Shown piece by piece: positions 1 to 9,586 of a stretch of 36,483 nt of DNA. Location: NCBI GenBank assembly GCA_037133055.1, contig JBAXOY010000019.1, positions 1-36,483 of the forward strand, in the 5' to 3' direction. Below the pieces are notes generated by a model. That model was given only the letters and a program-made list of their open reading frames with translations, ran no database searches and had not been told where the DNA came from. A program made the translations under genes and the position numbers. Origin of the DNA: Chlamydiota bacterium (lineage in GTDB: Bacteria; Auribacterota; Tritonobacteria; UBA1439). Within the stretch, counting starts at the first letter, position 1; every line of letters starts with the position of its first letter.

Positions 1-1032
1 CAGGCCCTCCGCCGTCACCGGCTGCCGCGAGCCGCTCATCGGGCAGGCGAGCAGCCCCGCGCCGCGACCGTCAGAGCCGAGCGAGAAGGCGAGCAGGCCG
101 TGCTCCCGCCCCGATTCTTCAGCCGCCGCCGCCTCGAGCAGCACGATGCATGCCCCCTCGGTGTCGCCGTCCGGCATCTCGCGGTTCGGCATAACAAAGA
201 CGTCGCACGCGGCATAGCAGTCCACGAGTTCGTCCCTCCCGACCCGCCCCGCGAATATCACCGAGCCCTCGACACCCGCCTCCCGCGCTGCCCGGCGCAG
301 CGCCTCCTCCGCGGGCCCCTCCCCCACGATCAGGTAGGTGAGGCCCGGGAACTCACGGGCAAGGGCGGGGAGTTCCCGCAGCACGTCCTCGTGCCCCTTC
401 CGCTCGACCAGGCGCCCCACCGTCAGGAGGAGCGGCCTGTCCCCGATACCGTAATGCGCGCGCGCGGCAAGGGGCGAGGGCTCGCGCGAAAAAAAATAGT
501 CGTCCACAGCGGGGCGGAGGAGGTGGAGGCGGCCGGGGCTTACTCCCTGACGGAGGGACTCATCCCGGGACGGGCTCGCCGTGGCGACAATCGCGCCCGC
601 GTTCCTGAGCATCGACTGCATGACCCTTCGGCCCGCGCCGAGGCGCTTCAGGATGCTGAGTTCTTCCCCGTGCACGTACACGACATACGGCGCCCGCCAT
701 AGCGCCCCCAGCACCCGGCCGACGCACGCGGTGGGGAACAGTTCGCCGCAGACGATGACGTCCGCCCTGCCCCGGGCCATCGCCCGCATCCCCCGGGCGC
801 ACATCTCGGCGTACACGGGGAGCATGGAGAACGGGGGGGGGCCCGGCAGGTTCGCAAAAAACCCGCGCTCGATGCGCAGTCCCTCGCGCGCGTCGAATTC
901 ACGCCATCCCGGGCGCCGCTTCGTGAGCACCGTCACCTCGCCCGGGGGAAAGTGCTTCATCGTCTGAAAATAGAGCAGGCGGGAGCCGCCGTAGTGAGGA
1001 AGAAAATCATCCGTCATCCAGAGTATCTTCAT
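1..1032 (-). CDS. Glycosyltransferase family 4 protein (partial, no stop codon inside the window)
   Basis: Not in the ORF track; translated manually from ATG 1032: MKILWMTDDFLPHYGGSR...VYVHGEEL...CYAACDVFVMPNREMPDGDTEGACIVLLEAAA, which are GT-B/GT4 N- and C-terminal motifs. The frame is open to position 1. Confidence 0.85.
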   Translation of the reverse strand, partial: MKILWMTDDFLPHYGGSRLLYFQTMKHFPPGEVTVLTKRRPGWREFDAREGLRIERGFFANLPGPPPFSMLPVYAEMCARGMRAMARGRADVIVCGELFPTACVGRVLGALWRAPYVVYVHGEELSILKRLGAGRRVMQSMLRNAGAIVATASPSRDESLRQGVSPGRLHLLRPAVDDYFFSREPSPLAARAHYGIGDRPLLLTVGRLVERKGHEDVLRELPALAREFPGLTYLIVGEGPAEEALRRAAREAGVEGSVIFAGRVGRDELVDCYAACDVFVMPNREMPDGDTEGACIVLLEAAAAEESGREHGLLAFSLGSDGRGAGLLACPMSGSRQPVTAEGL

Positions 1033-1041
1033 CCGTCCCGT

Positions 1042-2616
1042 TTATTCACGCGCCAGCCGGTAGAGGGACATCTCCCTCATTGTGCCGCCCTTTTCCCACC
1101 GGTAGGACACCGCCCGCGCGGCCCCCTTCCGGTATGGGGCCCAGAACCCGGCAAACTCGTCCTGCCTGATACCCTTGGAGGCGAGCGTTCCGGGATCCGG
1201 CTCCCACACCTCAGGACAAAGGTAGACCGCCCTGCCGCCCCCGAGCGCGGCGTCGATTCTCCCGCCGAAGTCGCGGGCGGCGGCCCTGAACCGCGCGCCC
1301 TGCAGCCTCTCGAAAGGGTCGTATACCCAGAAGCTCTCCGGCCTCCCGTCGAAGTACCGCAGGCTCCACATCACCATCCCCGAGGGGACCACGATGAGAT
1401 CGTCCCCGCTCGTTTGCCGGGCGATCTCCGCGGCTGCGGTGAACGCGGCGTTTTGCGACGGATCGCGGGCGGGGAGGATGTCGACTTTGAGGTTTACCGC
1501 AGAGAGCCCGGCGACCGCGAGCACCCCCGAGGCGCGGACGAGGAATCGAGGCCGCGCTCCCCGGATCCGCGCGTCAATCGATGCGGCGCCGAGCGCAAGG
1601 ATCACGTATACCGGCGCCAGCACGGCGATCCAGAACTTGAGGAGGTCGGGGTACCACAAGGCGGCGAGGGCGCCGTAGATCGCGGCCCAGATCGCGCAGA
1701 TCCCCGCCGCCAGCGGCGCCCTCGCGCGGGCGCGCGGCCATGCGGCGACAACGCACAGGATGACGGCGACGCCGAGGAATGCGGCGAGCGGGGCCACCTT
1801 CGCCTGGTTGAGCTGCCCCCCGTTCACGATGGCCTTGCCGAATGATACCGCGACGAGCGGCAGCTTCGCGAGACTCCACTGCCCCCCCCCGCCGTGTCCC
1901 GTAGCTGCGCCCCCCAGTGACCAACGAGCCGCGTGGGCGAGGGTGGTTTCCCCCGCCACGAAGCGCGCCCACGCGGCGTACACCGCCGCGGCGGGCACAC
2001 ACGCGCAGACGAGGAAGCACACCACGGCCCCTCCCGCGCGCGCTCCCCGCCGTTTCGCGCCGGAACAGACGGCGTAGAGCCCCACGACCGCCATCAAGGC
2101 GTTCGCCTCCTGCAAAAGGATCGACAGGGCGCACCACGCCCCAGCGGTTGCCGCGCGTGCCGAAGTCGGCCTCTCGCCGAAGTCGAGCAGCGCGCCGAAG
2201 ACGAACAGGAGGACGAGACAGGAGAGCGTGTACACCTCCGCCTGGCTGGCCCAGTACCAGTAGGCATACGAGAAGGCGAGCGCGAGGGCGAAGACGAGCG
2301 CCCAGAAGCGGTCGCGCAGCACCCTCGTCAGCAGGCGGAAGTACACACCCGCCCCCAGGGCGGCGGCAACAATCCCCATCCACTGGCCGACGTCAAGCGC
2401 CCGGCAGCGGAGGCCGAAGCGCAGAACGGTCCGGTATACCCCCTGGAACAGGGCTTCGTGGAGAAGGTGAAGCTGGTGCATGCCGCTCAGCGCCCCCCGC
2501 TCGACGCTCCAGGAGTAGCACATCGAGTCCCATGTCCATGAATGGGACCGGGTCAGTCCATACACACAGATAAGCGCCGCGCACATGAGCACGCAGCCCG
2601 CCGCGTTACGCCTCAT
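1042..2616 (-). CDS. Polytopic membrane protein, GT-C fold glycosyltransferase-like (ArnT/PMT/DUF2723-like)
   Basis: 524 aa with many hydrophobic segments; TWDSxxY, HxLHLL and FSYAYWYWASQAEVY motifs; soluble C-terminal tail; lies inside the glycan cluster. Confidence 0.65.
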   Translation of the reverse strand: MRRNAAGCVLMCAALICVYGLTRSHSWTWDSMCYSWSVERGALSGMHQLHLLHEALFQGVYRTVLRFGLRCRALDVGQWMGIVAAALGAGVYFRLLTRVLRDRFWALVFALALAFSYAYWYWASQAEVYTLSCLVLLFVFGALLDFGERPTSARAATAGAWCALSILLQEANALMAVVGLYAVCSGAKRRGARAGGAVVCFLVCACVPAAAVYAAWARFVAGETTLAHAARWSLGGAATGHGGGGQWSLAKLPLVAVSFGKAIVNGGQLNQAKVAPLAAFLGVAVILCVVAAWPRARARAPLAAGICAIWAAIYGALAALWYPDLLKFWIAVLAPVYVILALGAASIDARIRGARPRFLVRASGVLAVAGLSAVNLKVDILPARDPSQNAAFTAAAEIARQTSGDDLIVVPSGMVMWSLRYFDGRPESFWVYDPFERLQGARFRAAARDFGGRIDAALGGGRAVYLCPEVWEPDPGTLASKGIRQDEFAGFWAPYRKGAARAVSYRWEKGGTMREMSLYRLARE

Positions 2617-2667
2617 CCGTCCCTCCCTGTCCGCCGAAGCCGCATCACAGGGGGGCCCGCCGGCGTC

Positions 2668-3687
2668 TCACAGCATCTTCTCGTTCGCCCGGATCCAGTC
2701 ATGGAGCCTCCGTATCCCCTCGTCCCGGCCCACCATCGGCTCCCATCCGAGCTCCTCTTTGGCCCTGCGGATATCGCTCACATAGATCGGCTGGTCTCCC
2801 GGACGCCATTTCGCGTAGGAGGGTTCGACCCGGTAACCGAACTCCGATTTCATCATCTCAAGGAGCTCGATGAGCGAAAGCGTGTTCCGCTCCCCGCCGC
2901 CGATGTTGTAGACGCGGCCGCGGACGGAGTCGATCCTCTCGGCCGCCGCGTGGAATGCCCGGACAAGGTCGCCCACATAGAGGATGTCACGCACCTGCTT
3001 CCCGTTCCCGTAGACGACGAGCGGCCGCCCCTTCGCGCCGGAAATGAGGAAGTGGGCAACCCATCCCTGATCCTCGTTCCCGAACTGCCGCGGGCCGTAG
3101 ATGCAGGACATCCTGAAAACGACCGTCGGCATGCCATAGATGCGGGCGTAGTCCCGCACGTACTGGTCGGCGGCCCCCTTCGAGCAGCCGTACGGCGAGT
3201 GGAAGTCGAGCGGCCGGTCCTCGGAGACGCCCCTGAGGCCGCCTGCGAACCGGCACCGCGTCTCCTCCTCGACCACCTCGAGTTCCTCCATGCCCCCGTA
3301 CACCTTGTTCGTGGAGGTGAAGATCAGGGACGGGTTCTTCCCGCTCAGGCGCGCCGCCTCGAGCACGTTGAACGTCCCGAGCGCGTTCGACTCGAAGTCC
3401 GGGCGGGGATCCGTCACCGAGGTCGTCACCGCCACCTGCGCGGCGAGGTGGCAGATAAGCGAGGCCCTCCCCGCGACCGCGCGAAGCGCGTCCGCGTCGC
3501 GCACGTCCCCCCGGACGAACTCGAGCCTCTCCCCGCAGGTCTCGCGGAGCCACTCCAGGTTCCGCTCGGTCCCCCGCCGGGAAAGGTTGTCGTAGACGAT
3601 CACCCGCCGGCCTCCGCCCGCAAAGTCCGCCGCGAGATTCGAGCCGATGAAACCGGCGCCCCCGGTTACCAGTACCGCACCCTTCAT
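2668..3687 (-). CDS. NAD-dependent sugar epimerase/dehydratase, CDP-paratose 2-epimerase (RfbE)-like
   Basis: VTGGAGFIGS, HLAAQVAVTTS, STNKVYG, HSPYGCSKGAADQYVRDYARIYG, FRMSCIYGPRQFGNEDQGWVAHF, WRPGDQ. Start set at ATG 3687 behind a GAGGA RBS. Confidence 0.88.
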   Translation of the reverse strand: MKGAVLVTGGAGFIGSNLAADFAGGGRRVIVYDNLSRRGTERNLEWLRETCGERLEFVRGDVRDADALRAVAGRASLICHLAAQVAVTTSVTDPRPDFESNALGTFNVLEAARLSGKNPSLIFTSTNKVYGGMEELEVVEEETRCRFAGGLRGVSEDRPLDFHSPYGCSKGAADQYVRDYARIYGMPTVVFRMSCIYGPRQFGNEDQGWVAHFLISGAKGRPLVVYGNGKQVRDILYVGDLVRAFHAAAERIDSVRGRVYNIGGGERNTLSLIELLEMMKSEFGYRVEPSYAKWRPGDQPIYVSDIRRAKEELGWEPMVGRDEGIRRLHDWIRANEKML

Positions 3688-3798
3688 CAGTTCCTCCTCT
3701 GTGAGCCTGAATTCACGCACCCGATATCAAAAAACGATTTAGGATTGAACGCGTCCCGGGCCATCCGGTACGCGCAAAGCGGGTCCCCGCGCGCGCGA

Positions 3799-4917
3799 TC
3801 AGAGAATCCGTTCATAGAGCCTCACGGTTTCTTGCGCCGCTTTGTCCCACGAGAATCCGAGCGCACGGGCGAGCCCCCTGTCGCGCGCGTCGCGTGTCCG
3901 CCCCTCCCGGGCGGCGCAGGCGAGCGCATCCGCCATCTCCTCCGCATTGCCCGGGTCGAAGTAGCGCGCCGCGTCGCCGAGGACCTCGGGGAGCGACCCC
4001 GCGCGCGAGGAGACGACGGGGCATCCGCAGGCGAGCGCCTCGACCGGCGGGAGCCCGAACCCTTCATAGAACGAGGGGAACACGAACAGCTCCGCGGCGT
4101 TGTAGAGAAGCGGAAGTTCCTCTCCGGGCACGTACTCGATGAACCGGAATCGGTCCGCGATGCCGAGCGTCTCGGCCTCGTGCCGGGGGCCGTTCGCGCC
4201 GTAGGACTTCCCCGCGACCACGAGGTGGTGGGGAAGCCCGGAGGACTTCATGAAGCGTCCGAAGGCCCGCATCAGCCCCGGGAGATTCTTGCGCGGGGAC
4301 AGGGAGAGGACCGAGAGAATGAACCGTTCGGGAAGACCCCGCCGAATCCGGAAATCCTCGATCGCGGCGCGGTCTTCAATGGGGCGAAACGAGGGGTCTA
4401 CCCCTTCGTAGATCACCTCGACCCTTTCCTCCGGCACCCCGTAGATCTCGACGACGTCCCGCCGTGTCGCGCGGGACACCGCGATAACCGCGTCCGCCCT
4501 CCGCGCGCTCTCTCGCGCCCTCCGCGCAAATTCGGGGGAGCAGGCGGGCGCCCACTCCGGGCGCTTCTCGTGCGCGAGATCGTGTATGGTCACCACAGTC
4601 CTCGCGCGCCGCGTCCGCGGAAGGAGATAGCTCGGTCCGTGGAACAGGTCGATCCTCCGCCGCGCGATCTCGAAGGGGAGCCAGCAGTCGAGCCAGAGGC
4701 GATAAAACCTGTCCTCGCGCATGTCACCCCGCACAAGCCCCACCCTCGCCGCAAATCCGGCGGGCGGCAGGGCCCCGTCGCCGCCCCGCGGGTAAAAGAG
4801 GCTGAACCCATGGGGGGTGCCCCGCGCCCCGATCGCCTCGAGCAGATGCCAGGTATAGCGGCCGATTCCCGTGAGCTGCGTCGCGGCGAGTATCCCGGCG
4901 TCGTACCCCACGCGCAT
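3799..4917 (-). CDS. Glycosyltransferase family 4 (MtfB/WbaZ-like mannosyltransferase type)
   Basis: TGIGRY, VTIHDL, IAVSxATRRD, PRKN, FVFPSFYEGFGLPPVEALACGCPVV, FSWDKAA. Start MRVGYDA at 4917; the ORF-track extension to 5628 overlaps the upstream gene. Confidence 0.9.
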   Translation of the reverse strand: MRVGYDAGILAATQLTGIGRYTWHLLEAIGARGTPHGFSLFYPRGGDGALPPAGFAARVGLVRGDMREDRFYRLWLDCWLPFEIARRRIDLFHGPSYLLPRTRRARTVVTIHDLAHEKRPEWAPACSPEFARRARESARRADAVIAVSRATRRDVVEIYGVPEERVEVIYEGVDPSFRPIEDRAAIEDFRIRRGLPERFILSVLSLSPRKNLPGLMRAFGRFMKSSGLPHHLVVAGKSYGANGPRHEAETLGIADRFRFIEYVPGEELPLLYNAAELFVFPSFYEGFGLPPVEALACGCPVVSSRAGSLPEVLGDAARYFDPGNAEEMADALACAAREGRTRDARDRGLARALGFSWDKAAQETVRLYERIL

Positions 4918-4922
4918 GCGTC

Positions 4923-5942
4923 TCACCCGCCTTCCCCTTGTCCCCCGCCGCCGCGGCGATAGTGCCACGCCGCCGCACGGCTCAGCCACCGCGGGAGTTG
5001 GAGTGTCTTGATCGGGCCGAACCGGTTGCGCAGCGCGTCGCGTGCCCCCGCGAGCGACGCCTCCGCGGCGTCCACCATGCCCTTCTCCATGAGGCCCTGG
5101 TAGACCCAGAGGCTCTCCTTGAGGTACGCGTAGTAGAGAAGCGGCCAGAGGCGCGCGGGGGTGTGCTTCCGCGAGAGGAGCAGCCAGTTGCGCGTCCAGA
5201 GGAAATAGAGCGAGGGCGAGTACTGTCCGCCCATGGACATCGATACCTTGTGCCACAGCTTCGCTCCCGGGACAAAGTAGCTGTGCCAGCCCGACTCCTC
5301 GGCGCGCCTGCAGAAGTCGTATTCCTCGTGGTAGATGAAGAAGCGCTCGTCGAGCAGACCGATGGTTTTCAGGACCTCGCTCTTGATGTACATCGCGCAG
5401 CCGATGACCGCGTCGATCCGCCGTATCTCCTCGAACTGGCCGCGGTCTTTTTCCCCCTTTCCGTCCTGCGTGTAGTTCAGCAGCCAGCCGGTCGTCGAGT
5501 AGGATCTCCGGCATCCTGCCCACCAGAAGACGTCGGGGCGCTCGTGGTAGTAGATCTTGGGCCCCAGGATGCCGGCCCGGGGAAGCGAGGTCGCCGCATC
5601 CGCGAAATGCCGCAGCAGCCCGGCGCAAACGATCGTGTCGTTGTTGAGGAGCAGCACGGCGTCGGCCCCGTCCCGGAGGGCCGCGCGCATGCCGATGTTG
5701 TTGCCCCCGTCGAACCCCGCATTGACCGGGTTGCGGATGAGCGTCGCCTCCGGGAACCGCTCCGCGATCAGTTCCGCGGACCCGTCGGTCGAGGCGTTGT
5801 CCACGACGATCACCCGGCGGCGCTTGTAGTCTAGGGCGCGAAGCGAGCTGAGGCAGTTGAGCGTGTCCTCGCGCCCGTTCCAGTTGAGGAGGATGACAAA
5901 GATGTACGGATCCACCGGCGTATATCCCTTCGCGCGTTCCAT
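4923..5942 (-). CDS. Glycosyltransferase family 2 (rhamnosyltransferase-like)
   Basis: ILLNWNG, VVDNASTDGS, NAGFDGGNNIG, LLNND, GLLDERFFIYHEEYDFCRRA, WHKVS. Confidence 0.9.
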   Translation of the reverse strand: MERAKGYTPVDPYIFVILLNWNGREDTLNCLSSLRALDYKRRRVIVVDNASTDGSAELIAERFPEATLIRNPVNAGFDGGNNIGMRAALRDGADAVLLLNNDTIVCAGLLRHFADAATSLPRAGILGPKIYYHERPDVFWWAGCRRSYSTTGWLLNYTQDGKGEKDRGQFEEIRRIDAVIGCAMYIKSEVLKTIGLLDERFFIYHEEYDFCRRAEESGWHSYFVPGAKLWHKVSMSMGGQYSPSLYFLWTRNWLLLSRKHTPARLWPLLYYAYLKESLWVYQGLMEKGMVDAAEASLAGARDALRNRFGPIKTLQLPRWLSRAAAWHYRRGGGGQGEGG

Positions 5943-5958
5943 GCTTTCGCCGCTCCCC

Positions 5959-6870
5959 TCATCGCGGATTCGCGGGCTTCTGCAGCCAGCAGAGGAGGTA
6001 GTCGTTCAGAAAGCTCCGCCCGAGCAGCGCCACGGCTGAAGATTGGAGGATCCGGAAGGCTCTCCATGCGCCGCGGACCGAGAGCGCCCGCTCCCGGCAT
6101 TCGTTGATGCAGGCGAGGTCGTTCATGGCGGGGACGCGGAAATAGGCGAGCCTGATCAGCACCGCAGGGGCGTCGAAGTGCGTCCCCCCGGAGTCGCGCA
6201 CGGCAAGACCCGCGGCGTGCCCGAGAAATTCGATCGCGCGCGGAGAAAAGAGAAAAAGGTGGTTGTCGAGGTCAACGTTCCACCATCTCCTCCCCAGGAT
6301 CCGGCGCGAGAGGGAACCAAAGTTGGGCGTTTCTATATACATCCACCCCCCGGGTTTCATGAGCCCCGCAGCCTCCCGCATCGTCCCCGCGGGGTCGGGG
6401 AGATGCTCGAGGGAGTGGGAGAATATCACCGCATCGAAGGAGGCGGCCGGGAGGCCCGCTTCCTCAAGGGTGCCGACCCTGATATCGAGCCCCCGCTCAC
6501 GGACCCCCTCCTCCGCGACACTCCGTGCGGGTTCCACCCCGGTCACCTTCCATCCGCGCGCGCGCGCGCCCTCCATCAGGATGCCGCGGCCGCAGCCGAT
6601 GTCCAAGAGCGTTCCCGCGCATCCCTGCCGATCCATAAAATCGAGTATCTCCGCGTCGCGGCCGCGTATCCGGCGGATCACCCCTTCCGACCGCTCGCGG
6701 GGCAGCCGCTGCGCCGCGGCCCTGTCGGAGGCCTCCTGCTGGGCGGCGCGGGTGGGCTGCGGCCAGACGTACGCGGCGCCGCACGAGGGACACCCGCGGA
6801 GCGCGCGCGCCGCCTCGCGTACGAGGGGACGGGTGCGGGGTTCGCGGCAGATCGGGCAGGGGATATTCAT
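5959..6870 (-). CDS. Class I SAM-dependent methyltransferase with N-terminal CxxC...CxxC
   Basis: CPIC...CPSC, LLDIGCGRG, FDAVIFSHSLEHLPDP, MKPGG...ETPN. ATG 6870 overlaps the upstream stop (ATGA). Confidence 0.88.
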   Translation of the reverse strand: MNIPCPICREPRTRPLVREAARALRGCPSCGAAYVWPQPTRAAQQEASDRAAAQRLPRERSEGVIRRIRGRDAEILDFMDRQGCAGTLLDIGCGRGILMEGARARGWKVTGVEPARSVAEEGVRERGLDIRVGTLEEAGLPAASFDAVIFSHSLEHLPDPAGTMREAAGLMKPGGWMYIETPNFGSLSRRILGRRWWNVDLDNHLFLFSPRAIEFLGHAAGLAVRDSGGTHFDAPAVLIRLAYFRVPAMNDLACINECRERALSVRGAWRAFRILQSSAVALLGRSFLNDYLLCWLQKPANPR

Positions 6871-8366
6871 GGCGCCTGCGCCGCCGGAGCCGGCGCCCTG
6901 GGGCCAAGGGCCGGGGCCGCCCTCGGCTGTTTTCTGATGAGGATGACGATCGCCGCGAGGATCCACCAGACGCCGATCGTCTCCGTCGTGTTGAACCGGC
7001 ACCCGAACATGTTCGCCACCAGGAACGTCACCACCCCCGCCGAGAACCCCATCCCGACGCCCCGGTACAGCGCGTCCTGGCTCTGCCAGTAGACCTCCTG
7101 GGAGTACTTGAGCAGCCTGAAGACGATTATCATGTACACCACCAGCGTCGGGATGCCCATCTCAGCCGCGATCAGGAGGTACGAGTTGTGCGCGTCCCTG
7201 CCCGCGGCGTACCATTCGTATCGGCCGACCTCCGTCGGGAACTTCCCGTACCCCACCCCGAGCAGCGGGTTCACCATCACCATCTTGAGCCCGCCCTTCC
7301 AGATGCTGATCCGCCCCGCGGACGACGATTCGAACTTTACCTCCTTCTCCCCGTAATAGCCCACGTACGCGACCGTCGTCCCCTGGATCCGCTCCACCAC
7401 TGATCCCGGCAGCACCAGATTCGGCTTCTGCCAGAGCGCGAGCATGAGTACCCCCATCACCACGAACAGCCACTTCTTATACAGATAGCAGACGTACAGC
7501 ATCCCCGCCACGAACGCGAAGTACCCTCCGCGCGAATACGTCAGCATGAGCCCCCGCGCCGACGGGTACATGCAGCACAGCAGCAGCCAGTACTTGAAAC
7601 TGTCCGCGTGCAGGCTGAAGAAGGCAAAATAGTAGAACATGTAGTACACAAAAAACGCCCCCAGCAGATTCGCCTGCGACAGCCCCGCGTCCCCCCGGCG
7701 CTCCCAGGCGAAATGCGTCGGCGTCACCGTATCCTTCGTCGCCAGGAACGCCACCATCAGCGTCGTCAGCATCACGATGTACATGCAGTCCTGGATCTGC
7801 TGCCGGTCGCGCACGATCCAGCTCGCGAGGTAGTACAGGAACACCGGAGTGAGAAACCGTTTCACCAGGGTTACCAATATAAACCAGTCCATCGTCTCCG
7901 TCAGCGACGCCCGGAAAAACGACACGAAGACCAGCAGCAGGTACATCCCGATCAACCGGTCCAGCTCGGTCCCGACGAGGAAGTGCCCCCCCTCGCGGAT
8001 GCTCCTGAAGAAGAGGCCGAATATGATGATCACGAGCAGCACGTTGGTGATGTTCACCGCGGTGCCGTAGTCCCCCGGGAGCATGTCGCTGAACGGCACG
8101 TAGAAGACCAGCACATAGAAGACGAAGTCGACGCTCATGAGGGCGACGATCAGGAGGAGTATCTCGCCGACGATGATCCCCACGAGCCGGAACTCGGCGG
8201 ACCCCACCGCCCCCCGCTGCGCCATCGAGGCGACCTTCCCCATGATCAGGAGGCCGAGGAGCAGGCCGACCTTCATCGCCATCCCGTAGCCCTGCGCGGG
8301 CTCGGGGGGGGGCGGGGGCGCCGCCTGCCGCGGCGTAGATCCCTGCCGGGGGCGTGGTCCGTTCAT
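6867..8366 (-). CDS. O-antigen ligase/polymerase (Wzy_C/WaaL) family membrane protein
   Basis: Multiple TM helices, LTYSRGGY, SSAGRISIW, NPLLGVGYG, DAHNSYLLIAAEMGI. ATG 8366 overlaps the ygeY stop (ATGA). Confidence 0.88.
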   Translation of the reverse strand: MNGPRPRQGSTPRQAAPPPPPEPAQGYGMAMKVGLLLGLLIMGKVASMAQRGAVGSAEFRLVGIIVGEILLLIVALMSVDFVFYVLVFYVPFSDMLPGDYGTAVNITNVLLVIIIFGLFFRSIREGGHFLVGTELDRLIGMYLLLVFVSFFRASLTETMDWFILVTLVKRFLTPVFLYYLASWIVRDRQQIQDCMYIVMLTTLMVAFLATKDTVTPTHFAWERRGDAGLSQANLLGAFFVYYMFYYFAFFSLHADSFKYWLLLCCMYPSARGLMLTYSRGGYFAFVAGMLYVCYLYKKWLFVVMGVLMLALWQKPNLVLPGSVVERIQGTTVAYVGYYGEKEVKFESSSAGRISIWKGGLKMVMVNPLLGVGYGKFPTEVGRYEWYAAGRDAHNSYLLIAAEMGIPTLVVYMIIVFRLLKYSQEVYWQSQDALYRGVGMGFSAGVVTFLVANMFGCRFNTTETIGVWWILAAIVILIRKQPRAAPALGPRAPAPAAQAP

Positions 8367-9568
8367 CGTCTCGCGCCTTCTGCGAAATGCGCGGGCAGCG
8401 CCGCATAGAGGGCGGCGGCGGCCACACACTGGTCGAGGGAAATGTGTTCGTCGCGGATATGGGCCCCCCTGGGGTCTCCCGGTCCGACGCCGATGGTCGG
8501 GATGGCGTGGATGCCCGCGGTCGCGGTCCCGTTCGTGCTGAAGTCCCAGATCAGCGTCTCCCCCGCCCGGCCAAAAAGGTCACGGTGCGCGGCGCGGGCC
8601 GCTTCGACGAGCGGGGAATCCTCCGGCATGAGCCACGAGGGATAGCAGAGCTCCCTGCCGCGCACGAGGCCGCGCCAGCTCGCCCGCTCGTAGCGGGGAA
8701 CGTAGACGCGCCCGCCGCGCGGCGCGGCAATCGCCCGGATCTCCTCGAGCGCCGTCTCCCCCGTCTCCCCGCGGGTGAGCCTCCGGTCGAGGTGGATGCG
8801 GCACTCCTCCGCCACCGAGCAGAGCGATGGGGCCCTGGACTCGATGCGGCTCACCGTCACGCTTCCCTTGCTGAGCGGGGGCGACGGCCGGAGCGAGGCG
8901 TTCAGCCGCTCGACGCCCGAGACGATCGGGGCCATCGCGTAGATGGCGTTCATGCCGAGCTCGGGGGCGCTGCCGTGGCTCGCCCTCCCCTTCGTCTCGA
9001 CCACCATCTGCACCTTTCCCTTCTGTCCGCGCGCGATGAGGAGCCCGCTCGGCTCGGTGAGCACCACCGCGTCGGGCTTCAACCCCTCCTCCTCGATGAG
9101 ATGGAACCAGCAGAGGCCCTCGCAGTCCTCCTCCTGGACGGTGATCACGACGTGGACCGCGCAGCCGCCGAGGCAGTCGAGGGACTTCATGATCCGCGCC
9201 GCCGCGAGCAGGCCCGCGATCGCCCCCTTTTGATCGCACGCCCCCCTCCCGAACACCTCCCCCTCCGCAACCTCTCCGGCGAAGGGCGGATGCAGCCAGG
9301 CGGGGGCGTCGGTGACGTCCACGACGTCGATGTGCGCATCGAAGGCGATCGACACCGGCCCTTCGCCGATGCGTCCGATGAGGTTTCCCATCGCGTCCAC
9401 ACGCACCTCGTCGAAGCCGATCTCGCGCATCCGCGCGGCGACGTACCCGATCCCCTCTCCCTCCCCGCAGCTCGGGGTGCGGATGCGGACAAGCGATGAA
9501 AGCGTGAGCGCGATCTCTCCCTCGAGGGCCCGCGCGGCCGCGACGATGGAGGCGCCGTCGTTCTTCAT
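8363..9568 (-). CDS. ygeY: YgeY-family M20 metallohydrolase (selenium/purine-catabolism linked)
   Basis: FDAHIDVV, GRGACDQKG, VQEEDCEGLCW, LTEPS, HGSAPELG, WDFSTNG, AHIRDE. Confidence 0.8.
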   Translation of the reverse strand: MKNDGASIVAAARALEGEIALTLSSLVRIRTPSCGEGEGIGYVAARMREIGFDEVRVDAMGNLIGRIGEGPVSIAFDAHIDVVDVTDAPAWLHPPFAGEVAEGEVFGRGACDQKGAIAGLLAAARIMKSLDCLGGCAVHVVITVQEEDCEGLCWFHLIEEEGLKPDAVVLTEPSGLLIARGQKGKVQMVVETKGRASHGSAPELGMNAIYAMAPIVSGVERLNASLRPSPPLSKGSVTVSRIESRAPSLCSVAEECRIHLDRRLTRGETGETALEEIRAIAAPRGGRVYVPRYERASWRGLVRGRELCYPSWLMPEDSPLVEAARAAHRDLFGRAGETLIWDFSTNGTATAGIHAIPTIGVGPGDPRGAHIRDEHISLDQCVAAAALYAALPAHFAEGARR

Positions 9569-9586
9569 GCCGTCACAATCCTTCCG

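Noticed and set aside
2542..4962. 806-aa plus-strand ORF, and similar long ORFs at 24934-27006 (+), 14659-16386 (-), 12783-14141 (-) and 31229-32476 (+)
   Set aside because: They are antisense shadows of well-supported genes, expected from high GC3 codon bias, and carry no family motifs.
833..8312. G9/C9 tracts in glycan genes (833-841, 1882-1890, 8304-8312) as phase-variation switches
   Set aside because: All are in frame and encode Pro/Gly runs; a C9 also occurs in the redox gene (21142-21150), so they are compatible with high-GC background. Read-level data would be needed to revive this.
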